Shown here: piece by piece, positions 7,968-17,627 of the stretch
Layout of the letters: every line of letters begins with the position of its first letter
How positions within the stretch are numbered: position 1 is the stretch's first letter
DNA from: Chloroflexota bacterium
Lineage (GTDB): Bacteria; Chloroflexota; Dehalococcoidia; UBA2247; RBG-13-53-26
Length of the DNA: 64,000 nt
Assembly: GCA_016875915.1 (NCBI GenBank)
Contig: VGOM01000005.1
Location: 23,418-87,417, forward strand
Reading direction: 5' to 3'
Program-made: the position numbers and the translations under genes
Notes under the pieces: model-generated
Told to the model about the DNA's origin: nothing
The model's input: the letters and a program-made list of their open reading frames with translations, nothing else
Database searches by the model: none

Positions 7968-10361
7968 ATGGGAATCATGGCCCAAGCCACAAGCCAAGTA
8001 GCGACATCTGATGTCCCGCATGCCTCTGAACGGTTCAGCCGCATCAAGAAGGAGCTGCATTGTACGCCGGTGGCCCTGTGCCCGGAGCGGGCTGTCCTGA
8101 TCACCGACTACTTCAAGCACCACGACAATCCCAGGGAGCCCACCATCGTCCGCAGGGCGAAGGCATTGCGCCACCTCCTGAGGCAGAAATCAGTCAAGAT
8201 CTATCCCGATGAACTGGTCGTGGGCAATATGGGCACCCAGAGGGTCTCGGCCATCATCCAACCCGAGCTGGCCGGCCTGTTTATGAGCACCGAGCTGCTG
8301 TGGATAGACAGGCGGAAGACCAACCCGCTGCGCACGGCCTGGCGGGACCGAATCAAGCTCCTGCTGGGGGTGTACCCATACTGGCTGCGGCGCAACATGC
8401 CCTTCAGTGCATTCTCGCCGCACTACAGGCAGTTCCTGCGCTTCGCGCTGGAGCAACTGGACTCCACCTACTACCTCATCAACGAGGCCGGGGGCATCGG
8501 GCATTTCCTGCCCAACTACGAGAAGATGCTCAGGCTGGGGGTGAAGGGCTACCTGGCCACCATGGAGGGCAGGCAGGGCGACCTGTACGAGGCGGCGCGG
8601 ATCGCCTGTGAAGGGCTGGTTGGCTTCGCCCGGCGCTGCGCGGAGGAGGCGGAACGCCTAGCGGCCGAGGAGAAGGATCTGACCAGGGCAGGAGAGCTGA
8701 AGGAGATTGCCCGCATCTGCCACAAAGTGCCGGAGCATCCGGCGGAGACACTCCACGAGGCCCTGCAGTCGCTGTGGCTGACCCACCTGGCGGTGAACCT
8801 GGAGGGGCTTAACTCGGCCATCTCCTTCGGCAGGATAGACCAGTACCTCTACCCATACTACAGGAGCGACCTGGAGAAGGGCAGGATCACCGCGGACGAG
8901 GTTCGGGAGCTGCTGCTCTGCTTCTCAGCCAAGTGCACGGAGCACGTCTTCCTGCTCTCGGAGAAGGTCAGCCAGTACCACGGCGGCTACCTGGTGGTCC
9001 AAGCGGCGACGGTGGGGGGCATGGACCGCAACGGACAGGACGCCGTGAACGACCTGACCTACCTCTTCCTGGACGTCATGGAGCAAGCGGGCCTGAGGGA
9101 CCCGAACTACCAGGCGCGGGTCCATGCCGGCAGTACGGAGAAGTACCTCAGGCGGGTGGCAGAGGTGGCCAAAAAGGGCAATGCAGTCCCGGCCCTGTTC
9201 GGTGACGAAGCCGCCATAGCCTCCCTCGAAGCGCACGGCTACCCCGCGGAGGAAGCCCGCGACTACGGGGTGGTAGGCTGTGTGGAGCTGGCCTTGCCCG
9301 GGAAGAGCTTCTTCTCCACCGATGCCGGCCTGTTCAACTTGCCGCTGTGCCTGGAGTTGGCGCTGAACAGCGGCAAGCGCTTCGGGAGGCGGCAGAGGAT
9401 AGGCGTGGCCACGCAGGATCCGGAGACATTCACCTCAATTGAGGAGGTGATGGATGCGTTCCGCCGTCACGTAGAGCACATGGCGGACCGTATGGTGGCC
9501 GACCTGCAGGTGATCGAGAAAGGCAACCGGGACTATCATCCCACGCCTCTCTCATCCATGCTGGTGGACGGCTGCCCGGAGACGGGCAGGGATGTGACAG
9601 CCGGGGGAGCACGGTACAACTCCAGCGGAGTCCAGGGCGTGGGTGTGGCCGATGTGGCCGACTCGCTGGCCGCTCTCGATCAGGTGATCTTCCAGGGCCG
9701 CAAATACACCATAGCCGAGGTACTGAAGGCTCTGCGGGCCAACTTCAAGGGCGCTCTGGAAATCCAGGCCGCGCTGTCGCAGTCCCCGAAGTACGGCAAT
9801 GACCACCAGTCGCCGGACCGTTACGCCGATGCTGTGGCACGGATCTTCCATGATGCCCTGGCCGGGCACGTCAACATGCGGGGAGGCCGGTACGTGCCGG
9901 GCTTCTACTCCGTGACCTGCCATATCGCCTTCGGCAAGAAGGTCGGTGCTTTGCCCAGCGGCAGGAAGGCCGGCGAACCCTTTGCAGCCAGCCTGGGTCC
10001 GGCCAATGGGCGGGACCGACTGGGGCCCACAGCCCTGCTCAACTCGGTGGCCCATGTTGACTCCAGACTGGCACCCAACGGCTATGCCCTCAACCTCCGC
10101 TTTGACCCGGCCACCCTGGGTGGTGATGGAGGGGTGGACATACTGATGGGCTTGGTCAAGGGCTTCTTCGGCTCCGGGGGGATGGAGATGCAGCTGAACG
10201 TGCTCGACCCCAAGATGCTTGAGGATGCCCGCCTTCACCCCGGCAAGTACCCCGAACTGGTGGTGCGCGTATCGGGCTATTGCGCCTACTTCGACGACCT
10301 CCCCGATGATGCCAAGCTGGAGATCATCTCCCGCACCCGCCTGGGGTTCGGGGTGACCTAG
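7968..10361 (+). CDS. Glycyl radical enzyme, PFL2/glycerol-dehydratase-like clade (C-x-E active site)
   Basis: C-terminal glycyl-radical motif VVRVSGYCAYF; internal GCVELA (Cys-x-Glu) as in glycerol dehydratase/CutC/HypD/HPAD; ~800 aa; no activase adjacent. Confidence 0.85.
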   Translation: MGIMAQATSQVATSDVPHASERFSRIKKELHCTPVALCPERAVLITDYFKHHDNPREPTIVRRAKALRHLLRQKSVKIYPDELVVGNMGTQRVSAIIQPELAGLFMSTELLWIDRRKTNPLRTAWRDRIKLLLGVYPYWLRRNMPFSAFSPHYRQFLRFALEQLDSTYYLINEAGGIGHFLPNYEKMLRLGVKGYLATMEGRQGDLYEAARIACEGLVGFARRCAEEAERLAAEEKDLTRAGELKEIARICHKVPEHPAETLHEALQSLWLTHLAVNLEGLNSAISFGRIDQYLYPYYRSDLEKGRITADEVRELLLCFSAKCTEHVFLLSEKVSQYHGGYLVVQAATVGGMDRNGQDAVNDLTYLFLDVMEQAGLRDPNYQARVHAGSTEKYLRRVAEVAKKGNAVPALFGDEAAIASLEAHGYPAEEARDYGVVGCVELALPGKSFFSTDAGLFNLPLCLELALNSGKRFGRRQRIGVATQDPETFTSIEEVMDAFRRHVEHMADRMVADLQVIEKGNRDYHPTPLSSMLVDGCPETGRDVTAGGARYNSSGVQGVGVADVADSLAALDQVIFQGRKYTIAEVLKALRANFKGALEIQAALSQSPKYGNDHQSPDRYADAVARIFHDALAGHVNMRGGRYVPGFYSVTCHIAFGKKVGALPSGRKAGEPFAASLGPANGRDRLGPTALLNSVAHVDSRLAPNGYALNLRFDPATLGGDGGVDILMGLVKGFFGSGGMEMQLNVLDPKMLEDARLHPGKYPELVVRVSGYCAYFDDLPDDAKLEIISRTRLGFGVT

Positions 10362-10644
10362 GCTTGCTTCGCTTCAGCCCCACCATCGCCATCTGGCAGG
10401 CCAATGGCTTGAAGGTGGCAGTGACACAACGTGCCCGTCGATGGGCAGCTGACTCTGCAGAGGTAGCCACGCTGGCCTCCAGGCGAGAGCGCGGCCAGTC
10501 CGTGATCACGCCTGGGGGTGAATGGTACAGAGGTTCAGCAAACGGGGATTGGCCCCGATGGCGGGGCAGGGCTCCCCAAGGTGGGGGCTCGCAAGGCGCT
10601 GCATCTGGCGAGCCGCCTCTGCGTTCCCAGGCCACGACTACGGT

Positions 10645-12309
10645 CTATGCAGGCTGTACCCCTGTCATGGTGGCCACATGACGGCCGGCAATCATGCCAA
10701 AGACCATAGCCGGCCCTATCGTTGATCCAGGACCGGGGTACGTACGCCCCATGACTGAGGCTGCGTTGTTGCCTGCCGCGTAGAGGCCACGGATGACCGA
10801 GCCATCCTTGCGCAGCACACGCGCGTGCTGGTCAATGACAAGCCCGCCCATTGTGCCCAAATCGCCCGGCCAGACCTTCAATGCATAGAAAGGCGGTTTC
10901 TCGATTGGTCCGAGGTTGGGATTCGGTTTGACCCTCGGGTCGGAGTAGAAGCGATCATAGGCGCTGTCCCCACGATGGAAGTCCTCGTCCCTTCCGTTTC
11001 TGGCGAACTGAGAGAACCTCTTGGCGGTGGCCATCAGACCAGCCTCGTCGATTCCCATCTTGCGGGCGAGTTCCGGGAGCGAGTCAGCCTTGGTGATGAT
11101 GCCATTCCTATACGCTGACTTCGGTGTAATACGCGGCATCATGTCGGTCCCGATTATGTAGTTGTTGCGATGCCGTGAATCGAGGATGAGATATGCCGGA
11201 ATCGCTGGCACGACCCTGTTGCGCTGATACTGTTGGTGGCCACAGTCAACGTAGGACTGTGACTCGTTCATGAATCGCTGGCCGGAGCTGTCAACTATCA
11301 TGCTGTACGGCATGGAGCGCTCGAAAAGCAATGTCCAAGGACCGCTCTTCAACCTGAGTGTCGGCATCCACCAGGCTTCATCCATCATGGCGACGGCGGC
11401 TCCGACGTCAATTCCGGCCTGGATACCACCCCCCGTATTGCCCGGGGCACCCACCGTCCACTCGGTGGTGATGGGGTGTTCCTGGTACTGCTGCCGCATT
11501 GCATCATTGTGTTCAAAGCCACCCGCAGCGAGTATGACACCACGCCTGGCCAGGATACGTATGTCCTTGCCATCTCTCTTGGCGGTGACACCTACAACGG
11601 CATCGCCTTCCGCTATGAGGCCCACCAGAGGGGTGTTGATCCAGACCGAGACGGAGCGGTCGAGTAGGATCTTGAGCAACTGGCCAACAAGCGCCCCACC
11701 CATGGAAATGCGCCGCTTGCCCATCATTCTCCACAGGACTGTGCGCCTAAGGACAACATCCATCGTGGTGCTGAACCCACTCCAGGTGCGCAGGAATAGG
11801 GGCAAGCTGCGAGCTTCAACGGCTCGCAGTGGCACGGGCATAGCCTGCACCCTGTCTTTCCACTCCTTCCCAAGCAGACGAGGGTCAAACAGCTCGCTCT
11901 CCAGGCAGCGACCCTGGGCGCAACCGCCGGCACGCTCAGGGTAGTAGTCCGGATAGCCTCGGGCAAAGACAGCCTTGAACCCCAGACTTTCGAGCCATTT
12001 CAGCATGTCAGGACCGGTCTTGAGATAGGTCTCACGAAGCTCTTTGGAGCTAGCCGGGCCCTTCTCCGGGATGACCTCATTCATATAGGCCAGCGCTGCC
12101 TCATAGGAGTCATCAACTCCGCACGCCTTCATGAGGTGGCTGTTCGGAATCCAGAAACCACCCCCCGACTTGGCGGTCGAACCCCCGACGCTGTCCATAC
12201 TCTCGAGGACAATCACTTCGCATCCGGCATCACGAGCAGCTACCGCCGCCGTCAGGCCCCCAGCGCCTGATCCTACAACGACGACGTCTATTGCATGTTC
12301 GAATCCCAT
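10645..12309 (-). CDS. FAD-binding dehydrogenase, 3-ketosteroid delta1-dehydrogenase (KstD)/fumarate-reductase flavoprotein-like
   Basis: DVVVVGSGAGGLTAA Rossmann motif, C-terminal GLYAAGNNAASVMGRTYPGPGSTIGPAMVFG typical of FAD_binding_2 KstD-like enzymes; GGAGG SD before ATG 12309. Confidence 0.7.
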   Translation of the reverse strand: MGFEHAIDVVVVGSGAGGLTAAVAARDAGCEVIVLESMDSVGGSTAKSGGGFWIPNSHLMKACGVDDSYEAALAYMNEVIPEKGPASSKELRETYLKTGPDMLKWLESLGFKAVFARGYPDYYPERAGGCAQGRCLESELFDPRLLGKEWKDRVQAMPVPLRAVEARSLPLFLRTWSGFSTTMDVVLRRTVLWRMMGKRRISMGGALVGQLLKILLDRSVSVWINTPLVGLIAEGDAVVGVTAKRDGKDIRILARRGVILAAGGFEHNDAMRQQYQEHPITTEWTVGAPGNTGGGIQAGIDVGAAVAMMDEAWWMPTLRLKSGPWTLLFERSMPYSMIVDSSGQRFMNESQSYVDCGHQQYQRNRVVPAIPAYLILDSRHRNNYIIGTDMMPRITPKSAYRNGIITKADSLPELARKMGIDEAGLMATAKRFSQFARNGRDEDFHRGDSAYDRFYSDPRVKPNPNLGPIEKPPFYALKVWPGDLGTMGGLVIDQHARVLRKDGSVIRGLYAAGNNAASVMGRTYPGPGSTIGPAMVFGMIAGRHVATMTGVQPA

Positions 12310-12570
12310 CTTGTGGCCTCCCGTCTCCCTCCGTCCAGCACTCGCAGCCTGACAATAGAACATGATCCCCATATTGCCAGTCGTTCGTCAACTTCCTGGT
12401 GTTGGTGCCCTGCCCCACCGGTTGTGGCTCTTCTCGGGGTGCAGTCGTCGGAATGAGGGACAACTCGAAGCTCGGGGGTCCTGACATTCTCCAGCCCTGC
12501 TTCCCTGACACTCCTGCACCTGCCGCCATGATTGTGGACCCCACACGGGGATGCTATACTTCCAGGCCTG

Positions 12571-13479
12571 ATGAAGCCGGTCATAGAAGTTGAGCACCTG
12601 AGGAAGGGCTATGCCTCCGTGGTCGCCGTTGACGACGTGTCTTTCAGTGTGGCAGATGGGGAGATATTCGGTCTGCTCGGGCCGAACGGGGCGGGGAAGA
12701 CCACCACGGTGGAGTGCCTTCAGGGCCTGCGCCGGGCCGATGGTGGCCACCTCCAGGTTCTGGGGATTGATCCGCAGTCACAGGCCGGCCAACTCCGCGC
12801 CTTGATGGGCTCGCAGTTGCAGGAATCGGCGCTGCCCGACCGGATCAAGGTCTGGGAGGCCCTGGACCTGTTTGCCTCGTTCAGCCCGCATAGCGCCGAC
12901 TGGCCCACACTGATGGAGCAGTGGGGCCTGTCAGCCAAGCGGAATGCTTCCTTCTCCAGTCTCTCCGGCGGCCAGCGGCAGCGCCTGTTCATCGCCCTGG
13001 CTCTGGTCAACAGGCCCAAGGTGGTCTTCCTCGACGAGATGACTGCCGGACTGGACCCGGGAGCGCGGCGGGGGGCATGGGAGCTCATCCGGGGCATCCG
13101 TGATGGAGGGGCCACGGTGGTGCTGGTGACGCATTTCATGGACGAGGCGGAGAACCTGTGCGACCGCCTGGCCATTGTGGACCATGGCAGGATCGCAGCA
13201 CTGGGCACGCCGCGTGATCTGATCACCGAGTACGCCGGTGAAGTGCGGGTGACCTTCAGCGCCGGGGAGGCCGATCTCTCCTGGCTGGCCGAGATACCGC
13301 ACGTGCGCCAGGTGAAGCGGCGCGGCCCGGTGGTGGAAGTAGCCGGGGACGGCCCGATGGCGGTGCTGGTGGCCGGCGGCCTGGTGCAGCACGGAATGAC
13401 GCCGGCCGATCTGCGCACGGAGCAGTCTACCCTGGAGGACGTGTTCCTGAAACTGACCGGCAGCGGCATGGGGAACTGA
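12571..13479 (+). CDS. ABC transporter ATP-binding protein (ABC-2 type)
   Basis: Walker A GPNGAGKTT, signature LSGGQRQR, Walker B VVFLDE; start chosen at MKPVIEVEHL. Confidence 0.85.
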   Translation: MKPVIEVEHLRKGYASVVAVDDVSFSVADGEIFGLLGPNGAGKTTTVECLQGLRRADGGHLQVLGIDPQSQAGQLRALMGSQLQESALPDRIKVWEALDLFASFSPHSADWPTLMEQWGLSAKRNASFSSLSGGQRQRLFIALALVNRPKVVFLDEMTAGLDPGARRGAWELIRGIRDGGATVVLVTHFMDEAENLCDRLAIVDHGRIAALGTPRDLITEYAGEVRVTFSAGEADLSWLAEIPHVRQVKRRGPVVEVAGDGPMAVLVAGGLVQHGMTPADLRTEQSTLEDVFLKLTGSGMGN

Positions 13480-13488
13480 GGGAGACCG

Positions 13489-14229
13489 GTGCGCACACTG
13501 CTCAAGCTGACCTGGGTGGAACTGAAGCTCTTCGTACGGGAGCCGGTGACCATGTTCTTCACTCTCGTCTTTCCGATCATCGTTCTGTTTGTGATGGGCG
13601 GCGTCTTCGCGAATACGCCCGATCCGGATGCCTGGCGGGGGGTGGGGGCGATGAACTTCTATACCCCGGCGTACATCGGGCTGGTCATCGCCTCCATAGG
13701 GTTGGTCGGTCTACCGGTGCACCTGTCCGGCTACCGCGAGCGCGGGGTGCTGCGGCGGCTGCGGGCGTCGCCGATCCATGTGCTGAGCATCTTCAGCTCG
13801 CAGATCCTGGTCAGTTTCGTGATCGCCGTCGTGGGGGCCATCGTTATCACCGCAGTCGCCATGCCGGTGTATGACGTGGCGGCTCCGGAGGACCTCGCCC
13901 TGCTGCTGGCGGCGTTTGTGATCAGCGTGCTGACCTTCGCGTCCATCGGGATCCTGCTGGGGTCAGTGCTGCCCACAACCAGGGCGGCGCAGGGCGTCGG
14001 ACTGGTGCTGTTCTTCATCATGTTCATGATCTCGGGCGGGGGCCCGCCGCCTGAAGTCATGAACGAGCCGATGCGGAGACTGGCGGACCTGACACCGCTG
14101 AAGTATGTCATCATCATGCTTCAGGACCCGTGGCTGGGTTTCTCCTGGAACATGGCCAACTTCGGGATCGTGGCGGGGTTCCTGGTGGTGCCGGGACTGC
14201 TCTCCGTGCGGTTCTTCCGCTGGGAGTAG
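13489..14229 (+). CDS. ABC-2 family transporter permease
   Basis: Six predicted TM helices, ABC-2 permease-like; immediately follows ATPase gene; GTG start. Confidence 0.75.
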   Translation: MRTLLKLTWVELKLFVREPVTMFFTLVFPIIVLFVMGGVFANTPDPDAWRGVGAMNFYTPAYIGLVIASIGLVGLPVHLSGYRERGVLRRLRASPIHVLSIFSSQILVSFVIAVVGAIVITAVAMPVYDVAAPEDLALLLAAFVISVLTFASIGILLGSVLPTTRAAQGVGLVLFFIMFMISGGGPPPEVMNEPMRRLADLTPLKYVIIMLQDPWLGFSWNMANFGIVAGFLVVPGLLSVRFFRWE

Positions 14230-14273
14230 GTGGGCTCATGCAAGTCAGTCCTTGATCTGACGAACCGGCGTCA

Positions 14274-15440
14274 TCAGCCGACCGCGCCCATCCGCCGCAG
14301 TTCGCTGATGTGGCTTTCGGCGTAGCCCATCTCGCGCAGAATCTCGTCGGTGTGCTGTCCAAAACCGGTGGCCCAGTTCCTCATCTCCACAGGGGAATCA
14401 CTGAGCCTGTGCATCGAGCCGATCTGTTTGAGGCGGCCCGCCACGGGATGGTCGGATTCCAGGATCATCCGGCGCGCGATCAACTGGGGGTCGAATTCCA
14501 CCTCATCGATGCCGAGGACCGGAGCGAAGCAGGTGTCAGCATGCATGAGCAGCGCGGTCCACTCGTCCCGCGTTCCGGTCCCGAACTTCCCGGCGAAGAA
14601 CTCGAACATCTCGTCCCGCTTCCTGCCCTCGTCGAACTGATGGGGGATGAACTGCTCGCAGTCCAGGAGCCGGCACAGATTGGCGAAGAACTTGGGCTCG
14701 AATGTGGCGATGGTGACGTGCTTCCCGTCCTTCGTCTCGTAGACGTTGTACCAGGGGTATTTGCCGTTCCAGATGGTTTCGCCCCGCTTGGGGACTGTTC
14801 CCCGATTGTAGAGGTAAGGATTGGTCTGCATCGAGGTCACTTCCGTTATGGCATCGGTGATGGAGACATCCAGGAACCGGCCCTGGCCCGTCCGTTCCCG
14901 CGCCATGAGCGCCGCCAGGATGCCCACTCCGGCAGACAGGCCGCCGCACCAGTCGGCGATGACCGACCCGGGTATGGACGGCTTCCCGCCCTTCGGTCCG
15001 GTCAGGTCGAGAAAACCGCTGATGGCCAGGTAGTTCAATTCATGCCCCACTATGTCCCGATAGGGCCCGTCCTGCCCGTAGCCGGACAGGGATGCGTAGA
15101 TGATCCGGGGGTTGACCGCCTTGATGGTCTCGTAGTCAATGCCAAGGCGCTTGACCACGCCGGGGCGGAATCCCTCCATGACCACATCGGCGCTACCGGC
15201 CAGATCCTGGTAGACTTTCCTGCCCACTTCCATCTTCAGATTGACGCCGAATGTGCGGCAGTTGCGCAGGCCGGGATAGTCACTGAAGACCATCATGGTC
15301 AGCGCGCCATGGGTCTCCGGGTCAACATCTGAGATCCTGATGACGTCGGCGCCCAGGTCACTGAGCATTTCGGTGCAGAAGGCGCCGGGGCCGGTCCAGC
15401 ACATGTTCATTATCTTGATGCCATCGAGCGCCAGTGCCAT
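14274..15440 (-). CDS. CoA-transferase family III (CaiB/BaiF/BbsF-like)
   Basis: N-terminal IKIMNMCWTGPGAFCTEMLSDLGADVI and central catalytic region typical of family III CoA transferases; AAGGAG SD before ATG 15440. Confidence 0.8.
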   Translation of the reverse strand: MALALDGIKIMNMCWTGPGAFCTEMLSDLGADVIRISDVDPETHGALTMMVFSDYPGLRNCRTFGVNLKMEVGRKVYQDLAGSADVVMEGFRPGVVKRLGIDYETIKAVNPRIIYASLSGYGQDGPYRDIVGHELNYLAISGFLDLTGPKGGKPSIPGSVIADWCGGLSAGVGILAALMARERTGQGRFLDVSITDAITEVTSMQTNPYLYNRGTVPKRGETIWNGKYPWYNVYETKDGKHVTIATFEPKFFANLCRLLDCEQFIPHQFDEGRKRDEMFEFFAGKFGTGTRDEWTALLMHADTCFAPVLGIDEVEFDPQLIARRMILESDHPVAGRLKQIGSMHRLSDSPVEMRNWATGFGQHTDEILREMGYAESHISELRRMGAVG

Positions 15441-15839
15441 TCTTCTTTCGTCAACTCCTTTCGGCATTCGTCGCGGCGGCCGAGACAAGCCGTCTGCGGG
15501 TTCTTCTGCAAACCCATCGACCATTATCCGGTTGTCCCTTCGGATACTCAAGTTGCGGGCTGCGGGGGCGAAACGCGCGGGGCACCCAGATTCCCCCATC
15601 AAGTGCGGCATGACACCTGCAGATCACAGACGCGCTTTGGCAAGGCCATCGGGTTGTGATATTATCCCAGCGGAAGACCCCGCATCCCGGTTTGGCTCCG
15701 TAGTCAGATGGAATACCCCAAGCGCCAGGTCATATCAGCCCCTTAGACTGCACAGAGAGTGTGAACCCAGTCTTGGAGAGCAGCTCGACGAATCCGTTTG
15801 GCGACCATTTGCCCCAGAACGGAAGCAAGGAGGAAGGAA

Positions 15840-16232
15840 ATGCCTGTCTTTGAGAGTACAGAGAAGATGTACGATGTGCTGGGGACCCTGTTCAATGTGC
15901 TGGCCTCAGACCCGGTGGTCGGTCCGAAGTACCGGGAGTCGAACATCGTCATCAAGTTCACCATAACCGACCCCGACGGGTTCATCTGGTTGGACAGGGA
16001 CGCGAAGGTGATCTGCGGCCCGGCGGACCTGAAGCCGACGATAGAGATGACCCTGAGCGGCGACACCTGCCACCAGTTCTGGCTGCAGTCGATCTCCATG
16101 CCAGTGGCCCTGGCCAAGGGCCGGATCAAGGCAAAGGGGCCACTGCCGAAGGTGATCAAGCTGCTGCCCTTGCTGAAGCCAGCATACGCAGCCTATCCCG
16201 GAATCGCCAAGAAGCACGGTCTCCCCGTCTAG
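15840..16232 (+). CDS. SCP2 sterol-carrier-protein-2 domain protein
   Basis: ~130 aa SCP2-like fold; AAGGAGGAAGG SD before ATG 15840. Confidence 0.6.
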   Translation: MPVFESTEKMYDVLGTLFNVLASDPVVGPKYRESNIVIKFTITDPDGFIWLDRDAKVICGPADLKPTIEMTLSGDTCHQFWLQSISMPVALAKGRIKAKGPLPKVIKLLPLLKPAYAAYPGIAKKHGLPV

Positions 16233-16251
16233 GAACTGCCAGGAGGTTAGC

Positions 16252-16929
16252 ATGGCCAAGGAAGCCAGCATGAAGCAATTCGAGGAAGACAGGAAGGAAG
16301 CGACCAGGATCGCGGCACGGCTGCTGCTCGCATCGGGGACGACTTCGCCCAGAGTCGGAGGCGTCGGCGAGACAACGATACATATCATTGATGACGAGTG
16401 CCAGATCGAGGAGCTGTGCCAGGCCGTGGAGAGGATGGCCGAGGAGAACAAGCGTTGGGGGTTCTTCAAGAGGGACGCGGTGATGCTGCGGGATGCGGAT
16501 GCGGTGCTGATAGTGACCTCGCTGCGCTGTCTGTCCGATCCGGGCGACTTCAACTGCAATTTGTGCGGGAAGCTGACCTGTGAATACAAGAGGCAGGCCG
16601 ATATGCTGCCGAATGAGCCGGGGATCGCCTTCCCGGGCCCGCTGTGCATCTTCAGGGCCAACAACGTGGGCTACGCCATCGACAGCATGGTGGCCCTGGC
16701 CAGGAATCTGGGCATTGACTACGGCGTGTACTGGTCGGCGGGAGCGGCGGCGATGAGAATGAGGATCGTGCCCAAGAGCACAGGCTTCGCCCTGGCGGTG
16801 GCCATATCGGCCACGGAGAAGAGCCCCTTCCGGGATATCCCCAAGAAGTACGCTGAGATCAATGAGGCCACGATGAACGATCGGATCATCAAGAGGCTGT
16901 GGCCCCAGTTCCGCTCGATATACAGCTAG
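16252..16929 (+). CDS. Cys-motif ferredoxin-like protein, DUF2148-like (paralog 1)
   Basis: CNLCGKLTC (C-x2-C-x4-C) motif and PGPLCIF...GYAIDSM region; AGGAGG SD; paralogous to next gene. Confidence 0.4.
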   Translation: MAKEASMKQFEEDRKEATRIAARLLLASGTTSPRVGGVGETTIHIIDDECQIEELCQAVERMAEENKRWGFFKRDAVMLRDADAVLIVTSLRCLSDPGDFNCNLCGKLTCEYKRQADMLPNEPGIAFPGPLCIFRANNVGYAIDSMVALARNLGIDYGVYWSAGAAAMRMRIVPKSTGFALAVAISATEKSPFRDIPKKYAEINEATMNDRIIKRLWPQFRSIYS

Positions 16930-16955
16930 GGCAGTACGGAGAAGGAGTGAGGACG

Positions 16956-17612
16956 ATGGCGATACGGGAGTCAGACGAGATGCTGCAGAGCGGGCTGGAC
17001 AGGGCCGTTGACCTCATGGCTGTCGCCGCCCACAACAGCTTCCGCTTCGGGGGGGTGGATACGGTGAAGTTGATCTGCGCCGGGAAAGAGGAGATCGTGA
17101 ACATCGCGGAGTTCTGCTACTCCATGGGCGACATGTCCCCCCTGGCCGCCCGGGACGGCAGGTTCGCCATGGAACTGGTGAAGGAACCGTGCGCCCTGCT
17201 GATAATGGGGGATAAGAGGAAGTCCGATTTCAACTATGACTGCGGCGCGTGCGGCTATAGGACGTGCCGCGAGATGAACAAGGCAGAGTGCGTTGAGGCG
17301 CTGACCGGGAACGGTCCGAGCTGCCAGTTCAAGAACATGAATGTGAACATAGCCGCCGACGCCGCCGCGGCCATGGCCTGGAGGCTGGGGCTGCATTGCA
17401 GGGTTTACAGTACGCTGGGCATGGCAGCCTTCGCACTGAAGGTGATCGACGACGTGGATTTCGCCGTCAGCGTATGCGTCAGCGTGGCCAGGAGAGACCC
17501 TTTCTTCGACAGGCATCAGTTCTGGACTGACGAATACTGGGACGAGATATTCAGGAAGGAATTCCCCACTTACACCCGAGGGTTCATCGGGGCCGTCGAG
17601 GACGAGGGCTAG
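16956..17612 (+). CDS. Cys-motif ferredoxin-like protein, DUF2148-like (paralog 2)
   Basis: DCGACGYRTC motif, alignable with upstream paralog; GGAGAAGGAG SD before ATG 16956. Confidence 0.4.
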   Translation: MAIRESDEMLQSGLDRAVDLMAVAAHNSFRFGGVDTVKLICAGKEEIVNIAEFCYSMGDMSPLAARDGRFAMELVKEPCALLIMGDKRKSDFNYDCGACGYRTCREMNKAECVEALTGNGPSCQFKNMNVNIAADAAAAMAWRLGLHCRVYSTLGMAAFALKVIDDVDFAVSVCVSVARRDPFFDRHQFWTDEYWDEIFRKEFPTYTRGFIGAVEDEG

Positions 17613-17627
17613 ACGGGGGCGGCATAC

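Noticed and set aside
6980-8174. 374-aa and 109-aa minus-strand ORFs across the CrtI-like/GRE junction
   Set aside because: Antisense to two well-supported genes; no recognisable motifs
7968-10361. Considered the GRE as a benzylsuccinate/alkylsuccinate synthase feeding the bbs-like beta-oxidation genes and BCR-like module
   Set aside because: Active-site context is GCVE (Cys-x-Glu), as in dehydratase/lyase GREs. The protein is ~800 aa not ~860, and no BssB/BssC-like small subunits or activase are adjacent. Kept only as a GRE of unknown substrate
10362-10644. Convergent intergenic region between GRE and KstD-like gene examined for terminator hairpins
   Set aside because: Only imperfect short inverted repeats (e.g. 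GCCCGTCGATGGGC with one mismatch); not convincing enough to call
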